NCBI GenBank assembly: GCA_026770705.1 | Contig: JANJGN010000026.1 | Coordinates: 30,008,001-30,072,000 of the forward strand | Reading direction: 5' to 3' | DNA from: Isurus oxyrinchus | Lineage: Eukaryota | DNA: 64,000 nucleotides | In this document: piece after piece, positions 53,307 through 64,000 of the stretch | How the letters are laid out: every line of letters begins with the position of its first letter | Numbering within the stretch: the first letter of the stretch is position 1 | Made by a program: the position numbers and the translations under genes | Notes under the pieces: model-generated | The model's input: only the letters and a program-made list of their open reading frames with translations | Databases searched by the model: none | Told to the model about the DNA's origin: nothing

Positions 53307-53628
53307 CCCGGGCACTTGGTGAGATTTGGGAACATTAGTTAAACAGCGGAGACTGCGGTTCCCGGTTCCAGCTGTTAGACCAGTATCACATCTGGCGTTG
53401 GGGGTTTGTAACCAGGATCGGTCATTCCCAATCTCCATTCACTGACACCAATCCTGGGAAAAACATCACATCTGCACACACTGGGCATTTATAGAACTCA
53501 AGATGTTAACAGCAATAAGCCAATCTCATTATAAACTAGATTGTGGGGCAGACGGTGTGAGGCGGAACTGTGGGGCTTTAACTGCAGAACTCCGCTTTTT
53601 TCATTTGTTTCTGTGATAATCTGCAGTG

Positions 53629-53666
53629 AGTTTTTGTATCGCGGGAAGCCGAGGCCCATCACTGTG
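53629..53666 (-). promoter_or_regulatory. V 3' recombination signal (23-type; CACAGTG-22 nt-ACAAAAACT)
   Basis: Consensus heptamer, near-consensus nonamer, 22-nt spacer counted. Confidence 0.9.
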
Positions 53667-53949
53667 GATCTGTAGTACTGAGCTTTACAGTAATAGGTGG
53701 CGGTGTCTTCAACTCCCACATCCCGAATTTCTAGCGAAAATGTCTTTTCTGCTTTATTCACCGACACAACAAATCTCCCCGCGCTGGAGATCCGCTCGCG
53801 CTCTGTCCCGATCTGGGTTTGTTTGAAGAAATATCCCGTTTGGAAATTATACCACGAAGCACCGGAGAAAACACAGGTGATGGTGAGAGACTGACACTCC
53901 TTCCTGGTCACCGCTGCCGGGGTCTGTTTCACTGACTGACTGAAAGAGC
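53667..53949 (-). CDS. NTCRV: NAR-TCR (IgNAR-like) V segment, unrearranged, open frame
   Basis: Acceptor ttaatttccag; SFSQSVKQTPAAVTRKECQSLTITC...GYFFKQT...GRFVVSVNKAEKTFSLEIRDVGVEDTATYYCKAQYYR; short FR2/CDR2 as in vNAR, non-canonical FR1 Cys (KEC) typical of NAR-TCR V; RSS follows. Confidence 0.92.
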
Positions 53950-54097
53950 CTGGAAATTAAACATTGAGAGTTTAATGGGCCATCGGAGCCGAACCAGAGA
54001 ACGGGGTTAAACCCCCAGACAGTGTCTGAAAATGGAATGGACTCGGGCAACTTTATATGAAATCCGCACAATGTCGGTTCGTTTGATCGGTACTCAC

Positions 54098-54140
54098 GGG
54101 GTAAACAGATACACAAGGTGAAAACAAGGAGGATTCCCAT
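54098..54140 (-). CDS. NTCRV: Leader exon of unrearranged NAR-TCR V (MGILLVFTLCICLP, phase-1 donor GTGAGT)
   Basis: ATG at 54140, 43-nt hydrophobic signal-peptide exon, canonical donor; splices in frame to the V exon at 53949. Confidence 0.9.
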
Positions 54141-54164
54141 CGTTCTGCTGCATGGAGCTGGGGG

Positions 54165-54175
54165 TTTATATGACG
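54165..54175 (-). promoter_or_regulatory. Putative TATA box (TATAAA) with adjacent CRE half-site (TGACG) upstream of the NAR-TCR leader
   Basis: Motifs 25-35 nt upstream of the leader ATG; CRE-like elements are known in TCR V promoters. Confidence 0.45.
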
Positions 54176-57100
54176 GGGAGCTGGAGACTGCAGCCCTGGA
54201 CTGCACTGGGAGACCGGACCTCAGAGCTGGACTGAAATACTCTAGCGGGGTTGATTTGCAGAGGGCAGTGTTGTTGAGATCATTGATGGGGCGCACGGTT
54301 CCCGGGTTGCTGGCTAAGTGCTGTGTGAATAAGCTAAATAGAGACTGCAATTTTCTGCCTCTTCATTTGGTTTGTGATCCGGATGTGAAAGTTCATCCCA
54401 CAATACTCTGGTGTTCAGGGGTGGGGGAGGGGAGCTTTTCTTTCTGCCAGTTGCGCTGCCGCCTCCCTTTCCCTGCAGTGATGAACTGTGAGGTCGGTGA
54501 ATGTGTTTGCATTGGGTGGTGTTTGTTAAAGGTGGAATGTAGGCCCAGGACACCATGAGAGCCACCACCCGCCCCCGCCCTCCACCACCATCACCACCAC
54601 CCCAGCCCCCTCGCCCGTACACCGGCATTCCGGAGATGGTTTAACATCTCCCGGAACGGACTGGCGGGACCTCAGTTAGACTTCAGTTAGACCCGGCAAC
54701 TGGGGGCCAGGTTACAGTATGAGGAGTCCAGTGACATTGCCAATATCCTGGCAGATGTACACAAAGTACACAAAGAGCAAATAGCAGCTCGTTACCTTAC
54801 TTGGCTAGGTGGCTAATGTCGGCTTCAGAATAATGCCAATAGTACGGGATCTGGAAGCATAGGAACATACGAACAGGAGAAGGCCATTCAGCCTGTCGAG
54901 CCTGCTCCGTCATTCAATACATTCATGGCTGATCGAACACTTCAAAGCCTTTTTAAGCCGTAGTAATTCAAGCATGGCCGAGCGTAATGCAAACAGACAC
55001 GTGTAATGCCGCAATAAATGAGATTGGGTCTCATGTACCGTCAACAGAGAAACAGGCTATTGTAATATAAAGAGTGACATTATCTTGTGTAATACTGAGA
55101 CAGGATGTTGCCTAACACTAATGGAGACGACCTCTTGCAATAATAACTGAGATATGACCTAGGATCATATAGACAGAGATGCAATTTATTGCAAATAACT
55201 GAAAAAAGGAACGAATGCAATATAAAGTGAGATGTGCTCTAGTGTAGTTCGATTGGGGCAGTGCCTAGTGTAATATAAACATAAGCATTAAAATGTTGTC
55301 AGTAATAACAAAAATAGGGCCTCGCCTAACATAAGCGGAGGCATATCTAATGCAGTAATAACTAAGACATCATCTAGTGTAACAGTGCAGTGCAGTAATA
55401 AATGAGGCGACCTCTGGTTCAATATAAACAGAGGGATTGTACAGTGTACTAATAAATGAGTATTACATAATCCTTGAGTAACTGTGTACGACCAGGCACT
55501 GAGCTCATGCACTGAGGTGGCCGTCACTCAAGTAACAGTAGAGGTGTTCAGACTCTTATACCACGAATTTGTTTTATTTTAAAAGGAAAAAAAACTGCGG
55601 ATGCTGGAAATACAAAATAAAAACAGAAACAGAAACAGAAAAACCTGGAAAAACTCAGCAGGTCTGTCAGCATCGGGCTCACCTCCGCCAATGCTGCCAG
55701 ACCTGCTGAGTTTTTCCACGTATTTCTGTTTCTCTTTTTTTTTTATTTTAACTTGCTGTTTTTTTTCTGTTAGCTGCGTGCTAATATTTGCCTTTGTTTC
55801 CCATTGTTTCTTTTAGCGTCATCCCCATTTTCCTGATTAAAATCTCCAGGATTCTCCAATTTCATGTTTCCTGGTGTCACTGAGGAGTCTACAGACTGTG
55901 TGTGCGTCCCAGAACTTCAGTCAGTGTTAGTCTCTCTTGTCTATTTGTATTACCCAGAGCAGTGATGATCCATTTCCCGCAGTTCACTGCACCATGTGCC
56001 ATATGGGAGAATAACCACTATCAACTGTTTACTTTCTGTGCTTTTATATTTATAAATACATTTCTGCATCAATACCCTTCTGCTATTCACGCTTTATGCC
56101 ACTAACTGTCCTCACTTCAGCATTATATATCACTCTCTGTTAATATGTTCTTCTACCACTCAATGTAATCAATCTCACCTTCATTTATGTCCCTCTGTTA
56201 GTGTTTCTCTGCATTGTCACTATACTGAGTCTCATTTTTTTATCAAACTCCCTATGCATCGCCCATCGTTCTTAGTCTCAACTTTATATTCGGCATTGTG
56301 TAGGTGTCTGAAAGCATATAGATAAACACAGGGCTAATCTGTAGACGAGGTACACATTAGCCTGTCACAGCTCAATGTTTCAAATCTTTAACTAGTGAGA
56401 GCAGACGGCACTGAAATTATTCACCATGGGGACCTCATTCACTGATCATCCAGGTAAGTCTCTCAGGTCTTTAACCATTGAGGCCAGACAGGCACTGAGC
56501 CGATATACGATGGTGATGGTGGAGGCTGCAGCGGAAGGAGGGGGTTTCACTCAGCGTCACCGGAACATTGTTCAGTTTTTAAACATTCCGTATAAAGTGT
56601 GGGGCTGATGCACCGTGGAGCAGGCGGCACTCCGTGCACAGGGACAATGTTCAGATCTTCCTTTCAATCACTGCCATCGCACGATTCAATAATTTTAACC
56701 CGCTCTCTTCTTTTCTGCTTCCTGCCTGGATTTGTTAACTCGGTTTATTTATATCATTTCTGCTTTTATTCATGCTTCTCTCTCTCCGTCTCCCTCTTCC
56801 GTTTACAATCCACAGGATCCCCTGCTAATAGTCGGTGAGAAATTCTCCGTCCATTTACTGAATGCGCTGGACTTTCTTTATATAAGGAGCTGGGTTTGGA
56901 CGGCTGAGAGTAGCTATGAGGTGCGGGGAGTCGGAGGTTGGGGGTGTCCCGTGGGGGGAGTTCGAGTCTGAGAGGTGGGGGAGTCCCTGAGAGTTCGGAG
57001 GTGTGGAAGGAGACTCGTGGGCGTCGGTGTGGCTCTGTACAAAGTTACCCAGAAGCTAGAAGTGGTTTTAATTCTAACTTTTTCTGGGCAACTCTTGATG

Positions 57101-58909
57101 TCGGACAGTCGGAACCATTCGAGTTTTGCAATGTAAATTGTATTTTCTGTTTGTTCCCAGTACAGAGCAATTGCCCATGGGAAGTTTCCATTTCCCGGAC
57201 AATTGCCGTGTAAACCTTGCCTGGGAACTCCAGGCCGGGGTGTTCCCCGGCGCATCTTTGGTGTATCCTCCACTTACACGGCCTTGGAGCTCGGAGGTCA
57301 TGGCCCAACAGAATGGTGCGGTTTTCTTGCACCTTTAACGGGGCTCCGCCTGAATCTGACACTAATGTTGAATATTTGCCCTTGTTTCCCGGTGTTCGAG
57401 CGCCGTCTGCTGAGCATTAACTGAGCCGCTGGTTCTGGCATTTTGACCGGGATCCGCCGTATCTCTGCCGTGGGGCTTGTGCACAGAAATACTCGGCTGC
57501 GTGGCAGTTAAAACCTCAGCTCCGTTATCTTGGCAGTTCTGTTAAATGTAGAAGAGAATTGACCAACAATGTCTGTCTTATTGTTTTCATTCTCACCGAT
57601 CAGATTATTGAGGAGCTGTGGATGTTGCTCGGGCTGCTGACTATACCAGAACAAATGGTTATGGAGCAAAAATAAAAAAAAGCTGGAAAAACTCAGCAGG
57701 TCCGATAGCATCTGAGGAGAGGAAGACAGTTAACGTTTCGAATCCGTATGACTCTTTGTATGGTTATGGAGATATGTTTTCAAGATGCAGATCACGTGGT
57801 GTTACTGTCGCCTTCGGCATCATTTCAGCTTCGACATCATTTCAGCAACCGACCCGACCACCGTGTCTGGATGGCTCCATCCTAACGTAAAGTAGTCGGG
57901 TAGATGTCATCATTATCAGGATCATCATCACCATCGTTTCAAGTAGCTTCATCAGCAGCAGCATCACCTTACAATTAATAACATGTGGGTTACAACAGTC
58001 AGAGGGAGAACGGAATTTTCTGGGAAGGAAATACTTACTAAGAAGTGATATAATGACGAGGACCGGGTGTGATGTAATTCCCCATGATGCTCGCTGAGTC
58101 TGTGACTCTACAGTCCGCCAAATCCTCTGTCAGGGCAGAAGTGCAGATCCCCGGCGCACTGTACAGTTGATCCAACCAACGTCAAACCAGGAACAGTGGG
58201 AACCACCTTCCTAATCACAGGAAAGGCAAGGAAGGTCAGAGCGAGAGAAACGAACAGAACTATGGGGGATAAAAACAAAAAAAAAACTGCGGATGCTGGA
58301 AATCCAAAACAAAAACAGAATTACCTGGAAAAACTCAGCAGGTCTGGCAGCATCGGCGGAGAAGAAAAGAGTTGATGTTTCGAGTCCTCATGATCCTTCG
58401 ACAGAACTATGGGGGAGGCGGCCGCGGGCACTGTTGTCACTCGTAAAATCTATTGAAATGAGCTGAATTCAAGACTAATGCGCTCAACAGAAATTATATA
58501 ATTCTGCTGGTCTGTAAGGACTGTGTTACGTTTATAGTCATTTAAAATCTGGGGAAAACGACAGGGATTACGGAATTGTATTATTCTGTAATTACAGATA
58601 TTTTCATAGTTGAAATCAGTTAAAACAAGGGGTTGAATTTGTCTTGGGGAACAGAACAATGTATTGGAGCTGGGCTGTTGATTAACACTGAAATAAACTT
58701 TCCAATTATGGGTGTCTAAGGAAACGTCACACTACTGAGCATGAATACGAGATCAAACGCCATTTCTTCTCAAGTATTTTTAAGAAAGTATCTGTCAGGA
58801 GGTGGGAATCCGCGGCCTGATGCGCCACCTGGTGGCCGGATTTAATGAATCTTATTTTCACTGATCTTACAAAACACGGGAACAGTACGAGTTGCCCCGA
58901 GGCCTTTCT

Positions 58910-59207
58910 CACTGATGGTCTCAGCACACAGTAATACACGGGGTTGTCAGCGACCTGAAGCACAAACAAGGTGAAAGCAGCTATATTCTTGGGTATTTTT
59001 CGAATGACTGAAAAACGACCTTTAATGTTCTTTCCACAAGAATGTGCCCGAATTACGAAAGCTGGAGCCGGGTTCTGGTTTTGACGATGAAGTTGCAAAA
59101 AATAATTCACATCGGAAGTTGAATAGAGGCAATTTATGCTCATCGAGATTCCTCCAGTTAAAGGGCTTCTGTTGACCACTGTCCGACTGAACCTCCAGAA
59201 CTCACTA
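58910..59207 (-). pseudogene. TCR alpha/delta V pseudogene
   Basis: SINCLYSTS...GRFSV...ADNPVYYCVLRP Ig-V motifs; FR1 frameshift after the acceptor, conserved Trp lost, heptamer CATCAGTG and nonamer degenerate. Confidence 0.75.
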
Positions 59208-59293
59208 CTGCAGAAATTATTTCATGGTTAACCATGGAAACATAATGAACAACAGATAACGAATAGATGAATTAATATATAGATGGCGGTATG

Positions 59294-59377
<84 letters not shown>
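59294..59377. repeat. (GATA)n microsatellite
   Basis: Direct reading. Confidence 0.97.
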
Positions 59378-59378
<1 letters not shown>

Positions 59379-60905
59379 ATGGGCAGATAGGTGGAAGGGT
59401 GGCTGGATAGATGGATAGATAGACGAATGGAGGGATGGACAGGTGGAGTGATGGAAAGATGGGCAGATCGGGTTTGGAGAGATGGATGGATGGGCGGATG
59501 TAAAAACAGCAAATGCTGGAAAAGCTCAGCAGGTCTGACAGCATCTGTAGAGAGAACCAATGTTAACGGTTTAGAGTCCGTATGACTCTTCTTCAGATGG
59601 ATGGATGAATTGGTGGAGTGTGGGTGGATTTGCCTGAAAAATGCTGTTCCACATTTTCATCTTTACGATTGACTGCTGCATAACTTGCAGCAGGCCCTCT
59701 ATTCCATTTGTGTCTGTCTGTTGCTTTCAGTCCTTCCCGATTTTCTGGATCCTTCCAATTCCTTGGCTATTGACAGCTGAGGAGCTGAACGTCACCATGT
59801 GCAGCCTGGAGATATCCCTGCGGCACTGATGATCCTTTTCTGCTGATGCTGAATCTTCATCTCAAAGTTAGAAATCGATTTCATGACTGTGATGAGAAAC
59901 GAGGATTATAACATGTGCAACATGCAGCCTTTTCACGTACAACAAAGCACTCAACATATTCTCAACCAAATTACTTCAATCGCAGCGGAAACAAAGCAGA
60001 TGGTTGAATACATACATTTTTTCCCATTTCCCTAGTAATTTCTTGCTGCTCTGTGATTCTGTTCAGTCACACAATTCTGAACACCACGGGTAAACGTGCA
60101 TGAACTGTGACTTTCTTTACTGCAAAACAGTGATTGAAAACGATTATCACAATGAAACATATCGGACGGGTATTACAGATTGTTGTTGCAAATTCAAAAG
60201 CCCTTAACCCCTTTAACCACACACCCAAGAAGCTTTCCATTCAGTACATTCGTGCAGAGAATCAATTCTTCACGACTTGGAAGGGTGAGGTCAGTACTCC
60301 AATGAGATATGCTCAGGATCGCCGCAATGGAGATTCTAGTTAGATCAGACATGGTGCATGAAATAGACAGAACTGAGTTGGCGAAGTGGCTGAAGTGATT
60401 TGCATCACAGTTTTGAACAAGAATACAGGGTCAGTGCTCTATTGGACAATATGAATCCAAACTCATGTTTTTCATACGGTTGCAGCTACATTGTGAGACG
60501 TTTTAGGATCGGAAAGAAGTGGTGTTGTGATATGAAGCCTCCAACCAGAAATCAATGTGGGAATATTCAGTAATTACCTTTCCACACTAATTTCTGCTCT
60601 GAATTTATACTTTGAAACCCTTTGCAAATGTTCAAAACTACGGCAAAATGAATTATTAATATTGTTATTAATATAGTCATTAATATTATATTGGGGAAAT
60701 GTTTTTAGGTAAACAGCACAGAGTTCCTTAATACACAATTGATGCTCCCTCATTGCAGAAGAGGATCTCTACATTTAACGAGGATAATTACCTGTTCTGT
60801 GCACATTGCCATTCATGTTCAATGTCCCACTATCAGGACCAACTGTCGCTGTGCTAACTAACAGAAACAGTGACAGACAAATGGAGAGATAGTTCCAGAT
60901 CCATG

Positions 60906-62035
60906 TGTTATGGCGTAGCAGATGATATGTGGCCAGGTGGACCAAATCCACAAGGGAAATGTGGTCACGCCATCACAAAGGTTTTCAATTTGTAATTATT
61001 ATGAGAAGATGAGTGAACTGCCTTCAGAGGCGACGAGTCCACTAAGACTTTTAGAGATTTTAAAAATTAAATTAAAATACATATTGACAAAATAAGAGAT
61101 ATCAAAAACATACATAATAGTGCTATTACACAATACTGTAGCAAATCCTAAAATTCTGAATTAATCTGACTCTCAGTTACATACCCCCTTTAAGGCAGCA
61201 GTCCAAAATCATAGAATCACAGAATCACACAGTGCAGAAGAGACCTTTCGGCCCATCGAATCTACACCCGACAAGTGAGAAACACCTGACCTACCTACCT
61301 AATCCCATTTACAGCACTTGGCCCATAGCCTTGAATGTTGTGACGTGCCAAGTGCTCAGCCAGATACTTTTTAAAGGATGTGAGGCAACCCGCCTCCACC
61401 ATCCTCCCAGGCAGGGTGATTTCAGATTTCAAAGAAAACCAGCAAGTTAACCCAGTACTCACTTGGCAGTGGAATTGCAAATGGTTTGTTCCAACTTCAG
61501 TTCCTGGACAGAGCCGGCTTATGCACAAAAAGCTGGAGGCTTCTCGAAGGCTGTTTCACACATTCCTGATAGATCTTACATGGTCCTCACCTCACATTGC
61601 CTTTCATTCTTTTTTATGTAATTTTATCTCTCTTTAATATGTAAATTCTATTGTTCCATATGTCTTTGGAGTGGTACCTTTCCTATAATAAAGAAAAATT
61701 CATGCTCCAATATTATCAGTAACCTTTGAGAAAAATAAACACACTCCTTAGCCTTGCTTAGCTGGCTACTTTTAAACTTGAAATCCATACAATCCTTTCA
61801 TTTATCTAAAAAGGCAAATCCATTCCCACCCTGCATGCTAAGCCAGCGCCATGGTTATTCATTAGCATTTCAAACACATTTCTACACCTAGCTTCTTTTG
61901 ATAATTCCAAGCTTGCAGTCTACCTGACTCCAAATGTATTTAAATCACACAGACAGAACCAAATATATTCACTCCCATAAACCTACTTTACTATAAACTA
62001 GAAAAATATTATGAAATTATTACACTTTCCTAACA
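60906..62035 (-). mobile_element. Solo LTR related to 22294-23193, with a LINE tail nested at ~61207-61415
   Basis: TGTTA...TAACA termini; reverse-complement similarity to the LTR 3' end. Confidence 0.55.
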
Positions 62036-62619
62036 ATAGGTGTTCCCAAGCTATCATAATGCAAAAAATATATATATTTCTTGGTATTTTTGCCATTGAT
62101 CATGTTTAATAAACGTCAGCTGTGCCTCAGTCCATTAATGGTTTGATCTACTGATAGTTCCAAACATTCAACTTTCCCATACAATCGATGGCTTGTAACT
62201 GAATGATCTCACTGTATCAATAATCCTCAACCCTTTCACCACTCCTAATCGATTGGTGTTTCACAATCTATTAATGGTCTCCAATTCTGTAACGATTCAA
62301 GGCCCAATGAATATTCTTTTGTTTAAGGAAATGAGCTAGTTGGTCCACAAATTATTTGAATTACTGTGAAGGTCTGGCTAACCTACAAACTGGTTGGAAC
62401 TTAGAGTACAACTCACACAGTGAAGGAGCTGTTCTGTTGTCAGGTTCAAGATCACACCCACAGTCAGTGCCTGTGCTACCAGCGGAACTCTACGATAGGG
62501 CTTGTGGTACCGTTGGAGCCAGCTTCAGTCTGATTTAACTATGTACCTATGTATAAAGTTGAGCCATTGGATGGCTGGATTTATATTTATTTATGTCATA
62601 TTCATTCACAAGGGACTTT

Positions 62620-62952
62620 GGTTGTCAGCTGTGGCTCAGTTGGCAGCACTTTCCCCTCTGACATTAAACTGGGGGCCGTCTGCCCTCTCAGGAGATGTGA
62701 AAGATTCCATGGTACTATTCCATCTGGAAGTGCTAGGAGTTATCCCCGGTGCCTTAGCATTTATCAGTCAATAAACATTTTAAAATACGCAAAGGCGCAG
62801 ATTACCTGGTCATTATCATATTGCGGTTTGTGGGAACTTGCTGTGCTCAAACAGGCTGCGGTGTTTCCTACATTCCAACTGTCAATATACATCCTAAGTG
62901 CATTTTAGGTTGTAAAACACTCGGAGACTTCCGGTGATCGTGAAAGGCACTG

Positions 62953-62955
<3 letters not shown>
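62620..62955 (+). mobile_element. DeuSINE-type (SacSINE1-like) SINE
   Basis: tRNA-like head GCTGTGGCTCAGTTGG, core GGTCATTATCATATTGCGGTTTGTGGGAACTTGCTGTG, tail CGTGAAAGGCACTGTAA; family assigned from memory, not by search. Confidence 0.55.

Positions 62956-62999
<44 letters not shown>
62955..62999. repeat. (AT)n microsatellite
   Basis: Direct reading. Confidence 0.97.
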
Positions 63000-63004
<5 letters not shown>

Positions 63005-64000
63005 TCCCCCTTTTCCTTTTTAGGAAGTATAGATGCAAAATGAAAAGTGTTGGATTGAGCCAATAAGTCATAGACTTCTAGAATGAACCCGTGCTCCCGG
63101 CTGGGAAGGAGGTCATTTAAAAAAAAACTATCGAATTTATCTCATGCTGTCTCACCAATCCCACCACACATCCTGCAGCCCCTCCCCATACCCCACCCAC
63201 ACCACCACCCGCGCTGTTTCCTCATAGCCCAGAAATTTATGCCCATTGAAGACCATGTCTTCGTTGATAATGGATCAAGCTCTACACTGTTGTCCCACTT
63301 ATATTGCTCTGGAGCATGAGGCCTTTTATATTATGTAAAGCTGTTTTTTAACTTTTATTTCACTACATCATACCCGAGCGTTTGGAAGACATTGGGGTGG
63401 AACTTATGACTGTAATGGGGTAAGAAGGAATAACATGACAACAGAAATAGTGTGAAACTTGCTGGAGAGCAGAAAGTGTTTCATTTCTTTCCAAGCAAGG
63501 GAAATAATAAATCAGGATTTTTAAACTGAGTAAATTTAGGTCAGATATAGATAGTGCCACTTGCAAAACTTACAACACTCTCAACGTTTATGTCAGGAGT
63601 TTCGATTTAATGCTGAGCGAAGCACTTAACACTGAAACGCAGAGGCTGGTGGGTATTTGCTCAACATCCTTGGAATAATTTAGTCCATTTTCCAACAGAA
63701 CTCGAGGAACAGAGGTATTCCTTGGTGAGGGAATGCTCAATATATTCTCAATCAAAGTTAAACACATTAAACGAACAGCAAATTCATTTTCAATAAAATA
63801 AAATCTGGAACATAATAGGTACAATTGGTCATTTATCTTTGAGGACTTCACTTGTCAGTAAATCTGATGCGATCGCTCACACACACACATTTCAGCTTAA
63901 GATCCCATCTTTCCTACCTCGGAGGCTCTGTAGCACCTGAAGAATCGGAGAAAATCACCGCCACCACATTTCAGGTGGTTCCATGAAGAAAAAATCTCTC

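Noticed and set aside
53667-53949. Calling these V segments IgNAR, or pseudogenes because the conserved Trp is Phe
   Set aside because: No IgNAR constant exons recognised; single D, FR1 Cys and linkage to leaderless V-delta indicate NAR-TCR; Phe is shared by all three V types, which have open frames
59630-59800. Leader exon for the 59 kb V pseudogene
   Set aside because: Only a weak candidate with no GT donor and poor hydrophobicity; cannot be supported
62416-62460. Isolated CACAGTG heptamer
   Set aside because: No credible nonamer at 12 or 23 nt and no adjacent V/D/J coding sequence
1-64000. Remaining short ORFs in the six-frame track
   Set aside because: They fall in repeats, microsatellites or antisense to V exons, with no recognisable domain or splice support

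Overview
Cartilaginous-fish (shark-type) genomic DNA from the NAR-TCR region of a T-cell receptor alpha/delta locus. All immune segments lie on the minus strand, among LINE, SINE, LTR and DNA-transposon relics. Reading in transcription order (right to left): (1) a TCR alpha/delta V pseudogene (~59 kb); (2) a fully unrearranged NAR-TCR cassette, leader-V(22/23-RSS), 12-D-12, 23-J (54140-52832); (3) an intact, in-frame, germline-joined NAR-TCR VDJ exon (48133-47789) whose own promoter and leader are inactivated; (4) a leaderless supporting TCR-delta V (43921-43616) followed by a tandem array of eight 23-RSS units; (5) two near-identical ~22.6-23.4 kb tandem units. Each of those units carries a NAR-TCR V apparently pre-joined to D (V followed directly by a 12-RSS), a J, and a deleted relic of the germline-joined exon. 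The 28.4 kb cassette is followed by a second supporting V-delta with five RSS units; the 5.8 kb cassette has none inside the window. The splice phases predict a TCR-delta chain with three stacked V domains (rearranging NAR-V + invariant germline-joined NAR-V + rearranging supporting V-delta) alongside two-V versions. No TCR-delta D/J/C or Ig constant exons were recognised in the window. Expression is not shown by the sequence, and coordinates were read by eye.
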